NCBI GenBank assembly: GCA_964367355.1
Contig: CAYIWY010000003.1
Span: forward strand, 36,919 to 100,918
Origin: an uncultured Gammaproteobacteria bacterium
GTDB lineage: Bacteria; Patescibacteriota; Microgenomatia; Woykebacterales; RBG-16-39-9b
Reading direction: 5' to 3'
DNA length: 64,000 nucleotides
Part shown: piece by piece, positions 46,575 to 56,392 of the stretch
How the letters are laid out: each line of letters opens with the position of its first letter
Position numbering within the stretch: the stretch's first letter is position 1
Made by a program: the position numbers and the translations under genes
The notes under the pieces: generated by a model
What the model was told of the DNA's origin: nothing
The model's input: the letters and a program-made list of their open reading frames with translations, nothing else
The model's database searches: none

Positions 46575-47656
46575 AGTTAATGGTTTTTTCCGGTGGTTCC
46601 GGAACCAGAATGTGGCCCTTGAGTCGAAAATCTATGCCCAAGCAATTCCAAAATTTGGTTGGTGAAACCTCGTTGTTTCAACAAATGATGGCTATGGTGC
46701 TGTCTGGTTTTGAGAGTAAAGATGTCTTTGTTTTAACAGGTAAAGATTTTATTGATCTAGTTGGTAAGCAGGCTCCTGAAATACCGAAGGAAAATATTAT
46801 TGGTGAGCCGGAAATGCGCGATACTTTGGCAGCCGTTAGTTTTGCTGTAGCCTATTTAGACAAGAAATTTCCCGGGGAAACTATGGCGGCAATTTGGGGA
46901 GCTGACCATATTGTCCGGGAAAAAGAAACTTTTGTAAAAGCGCTAAAAGCAGCTGAAAAACTGGCTAACGAGGAATATGTAATCGCTAAAGTCGATGTTC
47001 ATCCGACTTTCCCCAGCGTCCATCTTGGCTATCTTGAAATCGGAAAGAAGCTCAGGGAAGTCGATGGTTTTGACGTTTTCGAATTTATTCGTCAGGTGGA
47101 AAAACCAGATCACGCGACGGCGGAAAAATTTCTTGAAACGGGTAATTATTTATGGAATACAGGTTACTTTGTTTGGCCGTTGAAAAAAATTATGGAGTTA
47201 TTTCAAAAGCACACCCCGGAAACTTTTCAGAGTTTAGTAAAAATCCAAAAAGCATTGGGCACAGACGAAGAGAGCAAAACTATTGAAAAGGAGTATCAAA
47301 AAATCCCCAAGATGAGTGTTGATTACGCTTTGTTTGAAAAACTGGAGAAAAAAGATCAATTGGAAATCCCGGCAGTTTTGGGTTGGACAGATGTGGGTGC
47401 TTGGAATGTCCTGAAGGATGAGCTCGCGGATAGCACGGAAATGAATGTCGTTCGCGGGGAACATGTTGATATTGATTCAGTTGATTGCTTGATTCACCAG
47501 ACCAACGAGGGAAAAATAATTGCTACAGTTGGACTTGAAAGTATGATCGTGGTCGATACACCCGATGCTCTTTTAATTTGTCCAAAAGCTAGAAGCCAGG
47601 ATGTCAAAAAAATTGTCCAAGAGCTAAAAGACAGAAAGAAACATCAGTATCTGTGA
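46571..47656 (+). CDS. manC: Mannose-1-phosphate guanylyltransferase
   Basis: MKLMVFSGGSGTRMWPLSRKSMPKQF ... nucleotidyltransferase fold, ManC length without PMI domain. Confidence 0.8.
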   Translation: MKLMVFSGGSGTRMWPLSRKSMPKQFQNLVGETSLFQQMMAMVLSGFESKDVFVLTGKDFIDLVGKQAPEIPKENIIGEPEMRDTLAAVSFAVAYLDKKFPGETMAAIWGADHIVREKETFVKALKAAEKLANEEYVIAKVDVHPTFPSVHLGYLEIGKKLREVDGFDVFEFIRQVEKPDHATAEKFLETGNYLWNTGYFVWPLKKIMELFQKHTPETFQSLVKIQKALGTDEESKTIEKEYQKIPKMSVDYALFEKLEKKDQLEIPAVLGWTDVGAWNVLKDELADSTEMNVVRGEHVDIDSVDCLIHQTNEGKIIATVGLESMIVVDTPDALLICPKARSQDVKKIVQELKDRKKHQYL

Positions 47657-47737
47657 TATAATTAGATACACTCAAAACAGGTTTGTGGCAAGGGGATTAC
47701 CTTTGCCTATTTTTAAGTTTTAGAAGTTTCAAAATCA

Positions 47738-48376
47738 ATGTTTTACGATTTACCTAAGCGTTTTTTAGATGTTGTTGGGGCAATTTTGTTTTTAGGTATT
47801 CTCTCTCCAGTCATAATTTTGGCAGCAGTTCTGGTAAAAATTACCTCTGACGGACCACTTTTAGTTGAGCATTCTGACCGCGTTGGAGAAAATAACAAAC
47901 TTTTTCGAATGTATAAATTTCGTTCAATGATAAAAAATTCGCATCAACTGATTCGAAATGACCCTAAATTCAAAAAGCTGTTGGCAGAGTACAAGAGTAA
48001 TAGTTTTAAGTTGGGAAAGGACCCAAGAATTACATCGGTTGGGACTTTTCTGCGAAGATTTAGTATCGATGAGCTTCCCCAGCTCTTTAATGTCCTGAAA
48101 GGTGATATGAGCCTGATTGGCCCGCGAGCTTACTATTCAGACGAATTGAGCGAACAAAAGAAGAAATACCCACGCTGTAAAGAAAATATTTCCGTTGCCT
48201 TGAGTGTAAAACCGGGAATGACTGGTCTTTGGCAGGTTTCGGGGAGAAGTAAGATTGGTTTTGAAAAAAGAGTTGAGCTTGATTCAAACTATGCGAAATC
48301 GAAATCATTGGTTTTAGATCTAGTCATACTGCTCAAAACTCCTTGGGCAGTTTTCGCTGGCGAGGGAGTTAATTGA
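47738..48376 (+). CDS. Polyprenyl-phosphate hexose-1-phosphate transferase (bacterial sugar transferase, WbaP/WcaJ C-domain type)
   Basis: N-terminal TM; [21 protein letters not shown] ... [14 protein letters not shown]. Confidence 0.85.
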   Translation: MFYDLPKRFLDVVGAILFLGILSPVIILAAVLVKITSDGPLLVEHSDRVGENNKLFRMYKFRSMIKNSHQLIRNDPKFKKLLAEYKSNSFKLGKDPRITSVGTFLRRFSIDELPQLFNVLKGDMSLIGPRAYYSDELSEQKKKYPRCKENISVALSVKPGMTGLWQVSGRSKIGFEKRVELDSNYAKSKSLVLDLVILLKTPWAVFAGEGVN

Positions 48377-50286
48377 TGGCGATAACCTATATAGACACCT
48401 CCTCAAAGGAGGTAAAAACAGAAGCAAAAAAAGGTTCGAAAATAAAACTAAGATTGTTTTTCAAAACAGTTTTAGTAACAATTCTCGTTACTTTTGGTAT
48501 TCTACTGGTAGTTAGTTTAGTTTTAGCAATTGTTATTTATCCAAAAGCAAAATCCCTACAGACCAAAGTCGAATCAACCTACAAACAAGCAAAAGTTTTT
48601 GAAGCAAGTTTAAAAGATAAGGATATTAAAAAAGCCGAATCTGACCTTGATAAGCTTAAAATTGACGTTAAAGAAACGAGAGGAGAATTCAATAAACTAG
48701 CGTTCGTCCGTTTTATTCCAATTGCTGCTGGTTATTATAGCGATGGGGGGCACTTGCTCAATGTAGCTGATATTGGTATTGCTCTTGGTAAAGATAGTCT
48801 CGTTGTCGCCGAGCCTTTTGGAGATGTGCTCGGATTTAAGGGAGCCACATCAGAACTGAACGCTGAAAAAAAGGCTGAAGTGTTGATTACCGAAGTAGTT
48901 CCAAAATTTATTCCACTAGTTGATGAAATTGCCGAAAAACTTACTAAAGTTCAGCAGGAATTAAAGCAGATAGATCCAAATCACTACCCTTCAAATCTAA
49001 CACTTAAGGGAATTAGAGTACGCGACGCACTTTTAGTTTCAAAAAAATATTTAAATAAAGTCCAAGAGATTATTCCTGAAGTAAAACCACTATTGCTCGC
49101 CGCTCCAGAAATTGCCGGAGTGAGTGAGCAAAAAACTTATTTAATACTTTTTCAAAATGACAAGGAACTGCGCCCGACTGGAGGTTTTATCACTTCTTAT
49201 GCTTTGGCTAAAGTTAAGGGAGGCAGACTTTTGGATGTTGAGAGTGATGATATTTATCGTCTTGACCAAAAATATAAGAAAACTGAAAAATCACCCGTAC
49301 CAATACTCAAGTATCTGGGAAACGTGATGTTGCCGATACGGGATTCAAATATTTCTCCAGATTACAAAGTAGCGGCGATGAAGTTTGAAAGTATGTACAA
49401 TACAATCCCCAAAATGCCCAAAGTTGCTGGTGTCTTTGCTCTTGATACAGAATTCGTTAGAGCCTTTTTAGAAGTTACTGGTCCGATCAAAACAAAAAAA
49501 ACCAAAGAAACTTTTTCAGCTGAAAATAACCGATTGGGAATTCCAGATGTTGTTTATAAACTTGAGCTGCATGCTGAAAAAATCAAACAAGGCCAACCTG
49601 ATCGCAAAGGAATTTTAGGAGAGCTGATGGACGCCATGATAGACAAGGTTTCAAATGCAAAGACCGATCAACTGCCAAAATATATCGATGTATTTTTGAA
49701 AGAAGTAAAGGAGAAACATATCTTATTTTATTTTCATAACAGCGCAGTCCAGAATTTTGTTGAAAAGTACAATGCTGCTGGTCAAATTAAAGATTACAAC
49801 CAAGACTACTTTCATCTGAACAACTCAAATTTTGGTGGTCTCAAAGGTAATCTTTATATCAAACAAAAAGTAGTTCAGGACATAAAGATTGATAGTGATG
49901 GTAATGTTACAAAAAAGATCGATGTCACGTTGACCAATCCGGTTAAAGCCGATGGTTGGCTAAGTTCAATTTATTTAAATTGGATGCGAATTTATGTCCC
50001 CGAAGGAAGCACTTTGATTGATAAAAAAGTCTACAAAGATTTTACCAGTGGGATTGAGCTTGGTAAAGATTTTTATGCCGGGTTTGGTCCAACTTACCCA
50101 CTGAACTCTAGCGTTTCGACCTTTAGTTATAAGTTGCCGTTTACTCTTACGAGTGGAGAACCGTACAAAATGTTGATTCAGAAACAACCAGGAGTTGGAG
50201 AAGTTCAGATGATAATTAAGATAAATGGTGAGGTAAAAAAAGATTTCAAGCTTCTTTTCGACACGCAGTTGAGTATTCCCTATTAA
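48373..50286 (+). CDS. DUF4012-like membrane-anchored protein
   Basis: N-terminal TM; ILFQNDKELRPTGGFITSYA resembles the DUF4012 core (N..ELRPTGG); often adjacent to sugar transferases. Confidence 0.5.
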   Translation: MMAITYIDTSSKEVKTEAKKGSKIKLRLFFKTVLVTILVTFGILLVVSLVLAIVIYPKAKSLQTKVESTYKQAKVFEASLKDKDIKKAESDLDKLKIDVKETRGEFNKLAFVRFIPIAAGYYSDGGHLLNVADIGIALGKDSLVVAEPFGDVLGFKGATSELNAEKKAEVLITEVVPKFIPLVDEIAEKLTKVQQELKQIDPNHYPSNLTLKGIRVRDALLVSKKYLNKVQEIIPEVKPLLLAAPEIAGVSEQKTYLILFQNDKELRPTGGFITSYALAKVKGGRLLDVESDDIYRLDQKYKKTEKSPVPILKYLGNVMLPIRDSNISPDYKVAAMKFESMYNTIPKMPKVAGVFALDTEFVRAFLEVTGPIKTKKTKETFSAENNRLGIPDVVYKLELHAEKIKQGQPDRKGILGELMDAMIDKVSNAKTDQLPKYIDVFLKEVKEKHILFYFHNSAVQNFVEKYNAAGQIKDYNQDYFHLNNSNFGGLKGNLYIKQKVVQDIKIDSDGNVTKKIDVTLTNPVKADGWLSSIYLNWMRIYVPEGSTLIDKKVYKDFTSGIELGKDFYAGFGPTYPLNSSVSTFSYKLPFTLTSGEPYKMLIQKQPGVGEVQMIIKINGEVKKDFKLLFDTQLSIPY

Positions 50287-50303
50287 AATATTAAAATTTA
50301 ACT

Positions 50304-51074
50304 ATGCACTCCTTTGCAGCTGAAGGCATAATTCTAAAACGTAAAAACTTCTCTGAAGCAGATAAACTGGTTACTATTTTTACCAAGAATCAAGGTAAGG
50401 TTATCTGTGTTGCTAAAGGTGTGCGTAAGATCACTTCAAGAAGAGCCGGCAGTCTCGAGTTACTTAACCATGTTAAGGTCTACTTGCATCAGACAAAGGG
50501 TCTACCAATCCTAACTGAAGCGCAAATTCAAAACACCTTCCCAGATTTGAAGGAAGATTTAAATAAAATAAGTATCGCATTTCTAGTTCTTGAACTCGTT
50601 GATCGTTTATTCGATGAAGGTCAGGAAAATCGAATCGTTTTTGATTTGCTTTTTGATACTATTGATCGCATCGACAGCGCCCGGTCTTTATCCGAAGCAA
50701 AAAAATTCCAAATTAGCTTTCAGATTAAGCTACTAACCCAAGTTGGTTACCTACCACAACTTTATAACTGCGTACAGTGCGAGAAGAAACTTGAGAAGAA
50801 AGAAACTTTTCTTGCGCCAAATTGTGGTGGATTGGTTGACTATAGCTGTAATCAAAGTATTTTACTTTCAAAAGTAGTTGCTCCGGAGGAAGTAAAGGTA
50901 CTGCGCTTTTTAAATAATGAAAATTTTAGTCTTGTGCAGCGTCTAAAATTGGACGATGATCTTTTAAATCAAACCTCTGAACTATTAAATTACTACACTG
51001 TCTATTTTCTTGAAAGAAACCTAAATTCAATTGCTTTTGCTACTCAGCTCCAAAGACTTTATTTACCAAGTTAA
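50304..51074 (+). CDS. recO: DNA repair protein RecO
   Basis: N-terminal OB fold (EGIILKRKNFSEADKLVTIFTKNQGKV...AKG) and C-terminal zinc motif CVQCEKK...C. Confidence 0.7.
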   Translation: MHSFAAEGIILKRKNFSEADKLVTIFTKNQGKVICVAKGVRKITSRRAGSLELLNHVKVYLHQTKGLPILTEAQIQNTFPDLKEDLNKISIAFLVLELVDRLFDEGQENRIVFDLLFDTIDRIDSARSLSEAKKFQISFQIKLLTQVGYLPQLYNCVQCEKKLEKKETFLAPNCGGLVDYSCNQSILLSKVVAPEEVKVLRFLNNENFSLVQRLKLDDDLLNQTSELLNYYTVYFLERNLNSIAFATQLQRLYLPS

Positions 51075-51079
51075 TATAA

Positions 51080-51703
51080 ATGGAGCTTTCTCAAAAAATA
51101 TTTAACTACTACAAAAAATTAATCTTTGATAATCGGCGTTGGCTTTACGTTATTATAGTAATTTTCGCAGTTGGAGTTACCTTAGGTTTATTTACAGCCC
51201 AAACAAATCCTGAAATAACCAAGAAAATAATTGCCCAATACGCAGAATCGATTGATAAATCGCTAAGAGCAGGTTGGGAAGTAACTCAGGTTATTTTTAC
51301 CCGTAATGTTTTTGTGGTTGTAGTCGCAACTTTAACTAGTCTAATTTTAGGTTTTTCTTCTGTGTTTGTGGTATTTATCAACGGTACAATCCTCGGATTA
51401 TTTATCGGTTTTGGGGAAATGTATTCAAAAATTACTCCGTGGCAGCTTTTTTTGTTACTATTTCCACATGGTATATTCGAATACGCTGGAATTTTTTTGG
51501 GATTAAGTTTTAGCTTGCGCTTGGGTTTAAATTGGTTAAGGAAGGCTAGCAAGGGAAAAAGATTAATAGTACTAAAAACAAATATCAAGGAAACTGCCGC
51601 AATTTTAATCTTAACAATAATCATATTAGGTTTTGCAGCAATTATTGAAGGGTTCCTCACAGTTAATATTGCTTGTTTGTTCGGGGGTTTGTGTATTAAG
51701 TAA
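51080..51703 (+). CDS. Membrane protein, SpoIIM/DUF95-like
   Basis: Multiple TM helices, FPHGIFEYAGIFLG motif region similar to SpoIIM family. Confidence 0.45.
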   Translation: MELSQKIFNYYKKLIFDNRRWLYVIIVIFAVGVTLGLFTAQTNPEITKKIIAQYAESIDKSLRAGWEVTQVIFTRNVFVVVVATLTSLILGFSSVFVVFINGTILGLFIGFGEMYSKITPWQLFLLLFPHGIFEYAGIFLGLSFSLRLGLNWLRKASKGKRLIVLKTNIKETAAILILTIIILGFAAIIEGFLTVNIACLFGGLCIK

Positions 51704-51738
51704 AAAAAAGTATCAGAATCATTTTTTCAGAAAAAAAA

Positions 51739-51772
51739 GTAGCTGAAACCCAAAAATTGGAATTTCAGCTAC
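51739..51772 (-). terminator. Rho-independent terminator of csrA (10-bp perfect stem)
   Basis: GTAGCTGAAA...TTTCAGCTAC inverted repeat; on the minus strand followed by T8. Confidence 0.6.
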
Positions 51773-51779
51773 ACTCTAC

Positions 51780-51986
51780 TTAACCAGTGTCTCGAAGTGT
51801 CTCTTGGTCTACATCTTGGTTCGAAGAATCAGATTCATCTACTAAAAGCTCCTGGCGAAACACTTTTATTTCAACCGGAGCGCTGATTCCAATCTTTACT
51901 CGATCGCGTTCGATACCGAGTACTTGAACCAGGATGTTACCATCAATGACGATTCCTTGATTGACTTTTCGCGTCAAGATCAACAT
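51780..51986 (-). CDS. csrA: Carbon storage regulator CsrA
   Basis: MLILTRKVNQGIVIDGNILVQVLGIERDRVKIGISAPVEIKVFRQEL; start taken at the internal Met of the 76-aa ORF. Confidence 0.85.
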   Translation of the reverse strand: MLILTRKVNQGIVIDGNILVQVLGIERDRVKIGISAPVEIKVFRQELLVDESDSSNQDVDQETLRDTG

Positions 51987-52068
51987 GGCAACCCCTTTCT
52001 CTCTGGGCACATTGTACTACACTTTGTCTAGGTTGCAATACACTCAGGCAAGTCTTATACTTTTAGCC

Positions 52069-53385
52069 ATGTCAAAAGAAACAGAAAATCTGATGGATAA
52101 GTTAGTTTCGTTAGCTAAGAGGCGAGGTTTCGTTTTTCAGGGTAGTGAAATTTATGGTGGTTTAAACGGAACCTGGGATTTCGGTCCTTTGGGAACCTTA
52201 CTTGCCAGAAATATCAAAGAAGAGTGGTGGAAGGCTGTGGTCCAGAAACGCGATGACGTGGTTGGGCTTGACTCCACAATTCTTCATCATCCCAAAGTTT
52301 GGGAAGCTTCTGGTCATATCAAAAATTTCACTGATTCCCTAGTTGAGTGTAAAAACTGTCACAACCGAATTCGTGTTGATCATATGCCAGAGGACGGAAA
52401 ATGCCCAAACTGCGGCAAAAAAGATTTCACCAAAGCTCGCGATTTTAATTTAATGTTTAAGACTTTCATTGGCCCAGTAGAAGATGAATCCGGTACTGTC
52501 TATTTACGACCAGAAACTGCCCAAGGGATCTTTATCAATTTTGACAATGTGATGCAAAGCTCTCGAGTTAAATTACCGTTTGGTATTGCCCAGATCGGCA
52601 AAGGTTTTCGAAACGAGATAACTACCGGTAACTTCCTTTTTCGGGTGCGGGAATTTGAAATGATGGAGCTCGAATATTTTGTAAAACCTGGGACCGAGAA
52701 AAAAACCCACGAGTATTGGCAAAAAGAGAGATTGAACTGGTTTCTGGGTCTTGGAATTAAAAAAGAAAATATCAAACTGATTCAACTGCCAAAAGAGGAT
52801 TTGGCCCACTACTCAAAGGGAACAGCTGAACTTTGGTACAACTGGCCGTTTATGGGTTTTGGAGAGCTTGAAGGGATTGCTAGCCGTGGGGATTACGATC
52901 TCAAGCAACATATGCAAGTTTCCGGTAAAGACCTAACTTTTTTTGACGAAGAAGATAAAGAAAAGTATTTACCTTATGTAATCGAACCATCAGTTGGAGT
53001 TGGACGGGCCTTCCTAGCCTTCTTTATCGATGCCTACAATGAAGAAGAAACTGAAGGTGAGATAAGGACTGTTTTAAAATTTCACCCGAAACTAGCGCCA
53101 ATCAAGGCTTCGGTGCTGCCTTTAATCAAAGATGAGAAATTGCAAAAAATCGCCAAAGATATCTTCCATGAATTAAAGGAAGATTGGATGGTAACTTATG
53201 ACGAAACTAGCTCAATCGGCCGCCGTTATCGTCGTGCCGACGAAATCGGAACTCCTTTTTGTATTACGGTCGATTTTGATTCCCTCAAAGATAAAGCAAT
53301 TACCGTCCGTGACCGTGATAGTATGAAGCAAAAAAGAGTTAAAATTGATGGAATCAGTTCTTACATAAGGGAAAAATTAAAATGA
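52069..53385 (+). CDS. glyQS: Glycine--tRNA ligase (alpha2 dimeric type)
   Basis: VSLAKRRGFVFQGSEIYGGLNGTWDFGPLG ... class II motifs FRNE, GxGxGRxxL-like; start chosen at MSKETENL (alternative 52093). Confidence 0.85.
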   Translation: MSKETENLMDKLVSLAKRRGFVFQGSEIYGGLNGTWDFGPLGTLLARNIKEEWWKAVVQKRDDVVGLDSTILHHPKVWEASGHIKNFTDSLVECKNCHNRIRVDHMPEDGKCPNCGKKDFTKARDFNLMFKTFIGPVEDESGTVYLRPETAQGIFINFDNVMQSSRVKLPFGIAQIGKGFRNEITTGNFLFRVREFEMMELEYFVKPGTEKKTHEYWQKERLNWFLGLGIKKENIKLIQLPKEDLAHYSKGTAELWYNWPFMGFGELEGIASRGDYDLKQHMQVSGKDLTFFDEEDKEKYLPYVIEPSVGVGRAFLAFFIDAYNEEETEGEIRTVLKFHPKLAPIKASVLPLIKDEKLQKIAKDIFHELKEDWMVTYDETSSIGRRYRRADEIGTPFCITVDFDSLKDKAITVRDRDSMKQKRVKIDGISSYIREKLK

Positions 53386-53921
53386 AACGTGGGCCTTTTG
53401 AAGTAACCGGTTCAAAAATTGTCTATCAAAACCCTTGGATAAAGGTACGAGAAGATGAAATTATTCGACCAAATGGGGAGAAGGGAATCTTTGGGGTCGT
53501 AGATGCTGGTACTGGCGTTACAGTTGTTGCCCTGGACAAAGACAATGAAGTTTACATTATTAGAGAATTTCATTATGCAATCGAAACTAATGATTATATT
53601 TTACCGAGTGGTGGTATTGGACAGGGAGAAGAGCCTTTAAGTGCCGCTAAAAGAGAATTAGAAGAAGAAGCCGGAGTAACTGCTAAAAAGTGGACATTTC
53701 TGGGAAAATACAACCCCTTAACGATGATTCTTAACTCTGCAAGTTATTTTTTTCTAGCCGAGGAACTGGAAGAAGGAGAACAAGGTGAAGAGGAGAAGGG
53801 TTTGATTAAAATTGAAAAAATTCCTCTCAAAACTGTTGTTGAAATGGCAGTAGCTGGGGAATTAAACCATTCTGGAAGTGTAATTTCAATTCTTTTAACC
53901 GCACGACTCAAGGGAATATGA
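53382..53921 (+). CDS. NUDIX hydrolase
   Basis: Nudix box GGIGQGEEPLSAAKRELEEEAGV. Confidence 0.85.
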   Translation: MKRGPFEVTGSKIVYQNPWIKVREDEIIRPNGEKGIFGVVDAGTGVTVVALDKDNEVYIIREFHYAIETNDYILPSGGIGQGEEPLSAAKRELEEEAGVTAKKWTFLGKYNPLTMILNSASYFFLAEELEEGEQGEEEKGLIKIEKIPLKTVVEMAVAGELNHSGSVISILLTARLKGI

Positions 53922-54514
53922 TTAAAGCAGTTATTTTTGATGTCGGTGGTGTTTTAGTTAATAAATCTCCAGTGCTTAAAGAAATTCTTGACGAGTTTAA
54001 TCTAAAGGAAAAGGAAATTTACGTCTACTACTTGGAAACCTTGAGAAAACTTGAAGCGGGAGAAATTGATGAACCCACTTTTTGGGAGCTTTTTACTCAG
54101 AGGTTTGGTGTTACAAAACCCGTTCCAAAACCCTCGCCTTTAATTAAACGCTACAAAGAAGAGATCAAGATAAATAAAGATACGGTAAGAGTGAAATTAG
54201 ACCTCAAAAGAAAAGGTTTTAAACTTGCTGTTTTGTCTAATACAATTCCACCCCACGCAGATTATTTGAAGAAGTTGGGTGTTTTCGAAAACTTGGACGT
54301 AGTTATTTTATCTAATGAAGTTGGTTTCCTGAAACCAAACCCCGCAATCTATAAAATAACCTTGGAAAAACTAAGCGTTAAACCAGAAGAAGCTATTTTT
54401 ATCGATGATGATCCAAGTTATGTAAAAGCGGCGGAACAGCTTGGGATTAAAAGTTTTGTTTTTACTAAAGCAAGAGATTTAGAGAAAGACTTAAAAGAAA
54501 TAAAGCTATTATAG
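53918..54514 (+). CDS. HAD-superfamily hydrolase (subfamily IA)
   Basis: Motif I FDVGGVL, motif II LSN, motif IV IFIDDD. Confidence 0.8.
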   Translation: MIKAVIFDVGGVLVNKSPVLKEILDEFNLKEKEIYVYYLETLRKLEAGEIDEPTFWELFTQRFGVTKPVPKPSPLIKRYKEEIKINKDTVRVKLDLKRKGFKLAVLSNTIPPHADYLKKLGVFENLDVVILSNEVGFLKPNPAIYKITLEKLSVKPEEAIFIDDDPSYVKAAEQLGIKSFVFTKARDLEKDLKEIKLL

Positions 54515-54562
54515 AAATAAACCCACAATAACTGTCCACCTTCTAGGTGACAGTTTGCTCAA

Positions 54563-55123
54563 CTAGTCTTCCTTAACCACATCTTTAAATTCCTTGAACA
54601 ATTTAGTAATTTTTGGATCAATCACTATTTTACAGTAAGGTTGGTCGGGATTTTTAGCGTAATAATCAAGGTGATAGGCCTCCGCTTTATAGAAATTCTT
54701 GAATGGTACGATTTCGGTGACAATTGGTTTACCGTAAATTTTTTCTTCCTCAATCTTTTTCCTTACTTTTTCAGCAGTTTCTTTTTGTTTTTCATCAAGA
54801 TAAAAAATCGCGCTGCGGTATTGCGTGCCGATATCATTGCCCTGACGATCCATTGTGGTTGGGTCATGGAGTTTGAAAAAAACTTCAAGTAATTTTTCAT
54901 ATGAAATAGTATTTGGATCAAACTCGATTTGAATTGTTTCAGCATGGCCAGTACGACCAGAAGTGACCGCTTCATAACTTGGTGTTACTCCGCCAAATCC
55001 GCCAGCTGGCGGAGGCGGTTCTCCACCAGAATACCCCGGAGTTACGGAAACAACACCCTTCAAACGTTTAAAAATTGCTTCGGAACACCAAAAACACCCA
55101 CCGGCTAGCGTTGCCTTCTCCAT
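54563..55123 (-). CDS. msrA: Peptide methionine sulfoxide reductase MsrA
   Basis: Active site GCFWC; 186 aa with a Gly/Pro-rich insertion. Confidence 0.9.
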   Translation of the reverse strand: MEKATLAGGCFWCSEAIFKRLKGVVSVTPGYSGGEPPPPAGGFGGVTPSYEAVTSGRTGHAETIQIEFDPNTISYEKLLEVFFKLHDPTTMDRQGNDIGTQYRSAIFYLDEKQKETAEKVRKKIEEEKIYGKPIVTEIVPFKNFYKAEAYHLDYYAKNPDQPYCKIVIDPKITKLFKEFKDVVKED

Positions 55124-55126
55124 AAT

Positions 55127-55609
55127 TTAGTCTGTAGCGGCAATTGCTTTTACTGAGCCAATAATTGTAATAATATTTAAAACTAACGCTGGGATCGAAA
55201 CTGAAAGAAGAATTGCAGAAGCGACAACGACCCCTTCTTTTACCGAACAGAGCGATAAATTCTTAATACAGCTCGGCAAATGCCCATTGATGACAGTTTG
55301 AGCATTTGGAAGAGCGATTACAAAAAGAATTAAAGCAGCAATTGTCGTAAAAAAAATTAGTACGAGAGCTAGAATTAGTAAATTGGTATTTTGAGTAAAG
55401 AAGGAAACTGCTAAAACCAGGCAATAAAAAGCTAAGCCGCCGACTAGTAGATAAACAATAATGTCGGGAATATTGTAGCTCTCTAACACGGCAACTTGTT
55501 TGTACCAGAGTGCTGAGGAAGCAATACCAAGGCCAAAAGATAAGTAAAACCATTGCAATATTTTTACTAAAATGGCCTTTGGAGCCACATTTTTTTGGGA
55601 TTTTTCCAT
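55127..55609 (-). CDS. Integral membrane protein (4-5 TM)
   Basis: Hydrophobicity pattern only. Confidence 0.4.
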   Translation of the reverse strand: MEKSQKNVAPKAILVKILQWFYLSFGLGIASSALWYKQVAVLESYNIPDIIVYLLVGGLAFYCLVLAVSFFTQNTNLLILALVLIFFTTIAALILFVIALPNAQTVINGHLPSCIKNLSLCSVKEGVVVASAILLSVSIPALVLNIITIIGSVKAIAATD

Positions 55610-55803
55610 TTTCGAGTGTAGCGAGAAAATATTGACCTTAATTTTAGGAATCGTCCAGCTTTAGTGGTCAATATTTTCGTAGCTAAGAAAATCATAACAG
55701 CTAGTCTAATTAAAGCAAATACTACATATTGTATCCTGTAATGTTTTGCTATTGCATATGTAGTGGCTTGACGAGGCTAAATTTCGGATCTAGAATAACT
55801 ACA

Positions 55804-55843
55804 GTGGAAAAATAGGGAAAAAAGTGGGAATAAGTGGAAAACT
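55804..55843 (+). promoter_or_regulatory. Putative MraZ operator: four direct GTGGRA-like repeats with exact 10-bp phasing
   Basis: GTGGAAaaat AGGGAAaaaa GTGGGAataa GTGGAAaact, ~120 bp upstream of mraZ. Confidence 0.5.
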
Positions 55844-55960
55844 TTTTCCCTAATTTAAACCTGCCCTCTGGACAGCGGGGTATCTCTTTAAGCACATTAA
55901 AACGTGTTCTAAATAGGTACTCACAAAACTTGGAGCGGAAACCTGCCCTTCTGAATTTGA

Positions 55961-56392
55961 TTGTTTTTAGGACAATACCAACACACACTCGATTATAAAA
56001 ACAGAACTTCAATTCCGAAGAAATTTCGGATAGCTTTAAATGAAGGTGCGGTTTTAACTCTTGGGCTTGATAATTGTCTTTTCCTGTATTCAAAAACGGA
56101 ATGGCAAAAGCTGTCAGAGAGAATGAAAGATTTGCCTTTGACGGGAAGCGATGCTAGAGCTTTCTCCCGATATTTGTTTGGTGGTGCCAACGAAACTACT
56201 TTTGATAGTCTTGGGCGAATAAAGATTCCAGACTACTTAAAAACCCATGCCGGTCTTGAGAAAAAAATAATTATTCTGGGAGTAGTAAATCGAATTGAAA
56301 TTTGGTCAGAAAGAAATTGGCATATATTTAACAAAAAAATAACAAAAACAAGTTCAGAAATTGCCGAGAAATTGTCCGGAAGCGGAATTTGA
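55961..56392 (+). CDS. mraZ: Transcriptional regulator MraZ
   Basis: MFLGQYQHTLDYKNRTSIPKKFR; two SpoVT/AbrB-like halves; heads dcw cluster. Confidence 0.85.
   Translation: MFLGQYQHTLDYKNRTSIPKKFRIALNEGAVLTLGLDNCLFLYSKTEWQKLSERMKDLPLTGSDARAFSRYLFGGANETTFDSLGRIKIPDYLKTHAGLEKKIIILGVVNRIEIWSERNWHIFNKKITKTSSEIAEKLSGSGI

Noticed and set aside
51961-52068. N-terminal 36 codons of the long glyQS ORF (MTFRVKINMATPF...)
   Set aside because: Would overlap csrA on the opposite strand and has no homology to GlyRS N-termini; the internal Met at 52069 (MSKETENL) gives a canonical start.
54527-54552. Bidirectional terminator between the HAD gene and msrA
   Set aside because: Stem is imperfect (CTGTCCACC/GGTGACAG) and lacks clear T-runs; too weak to list as a feature.
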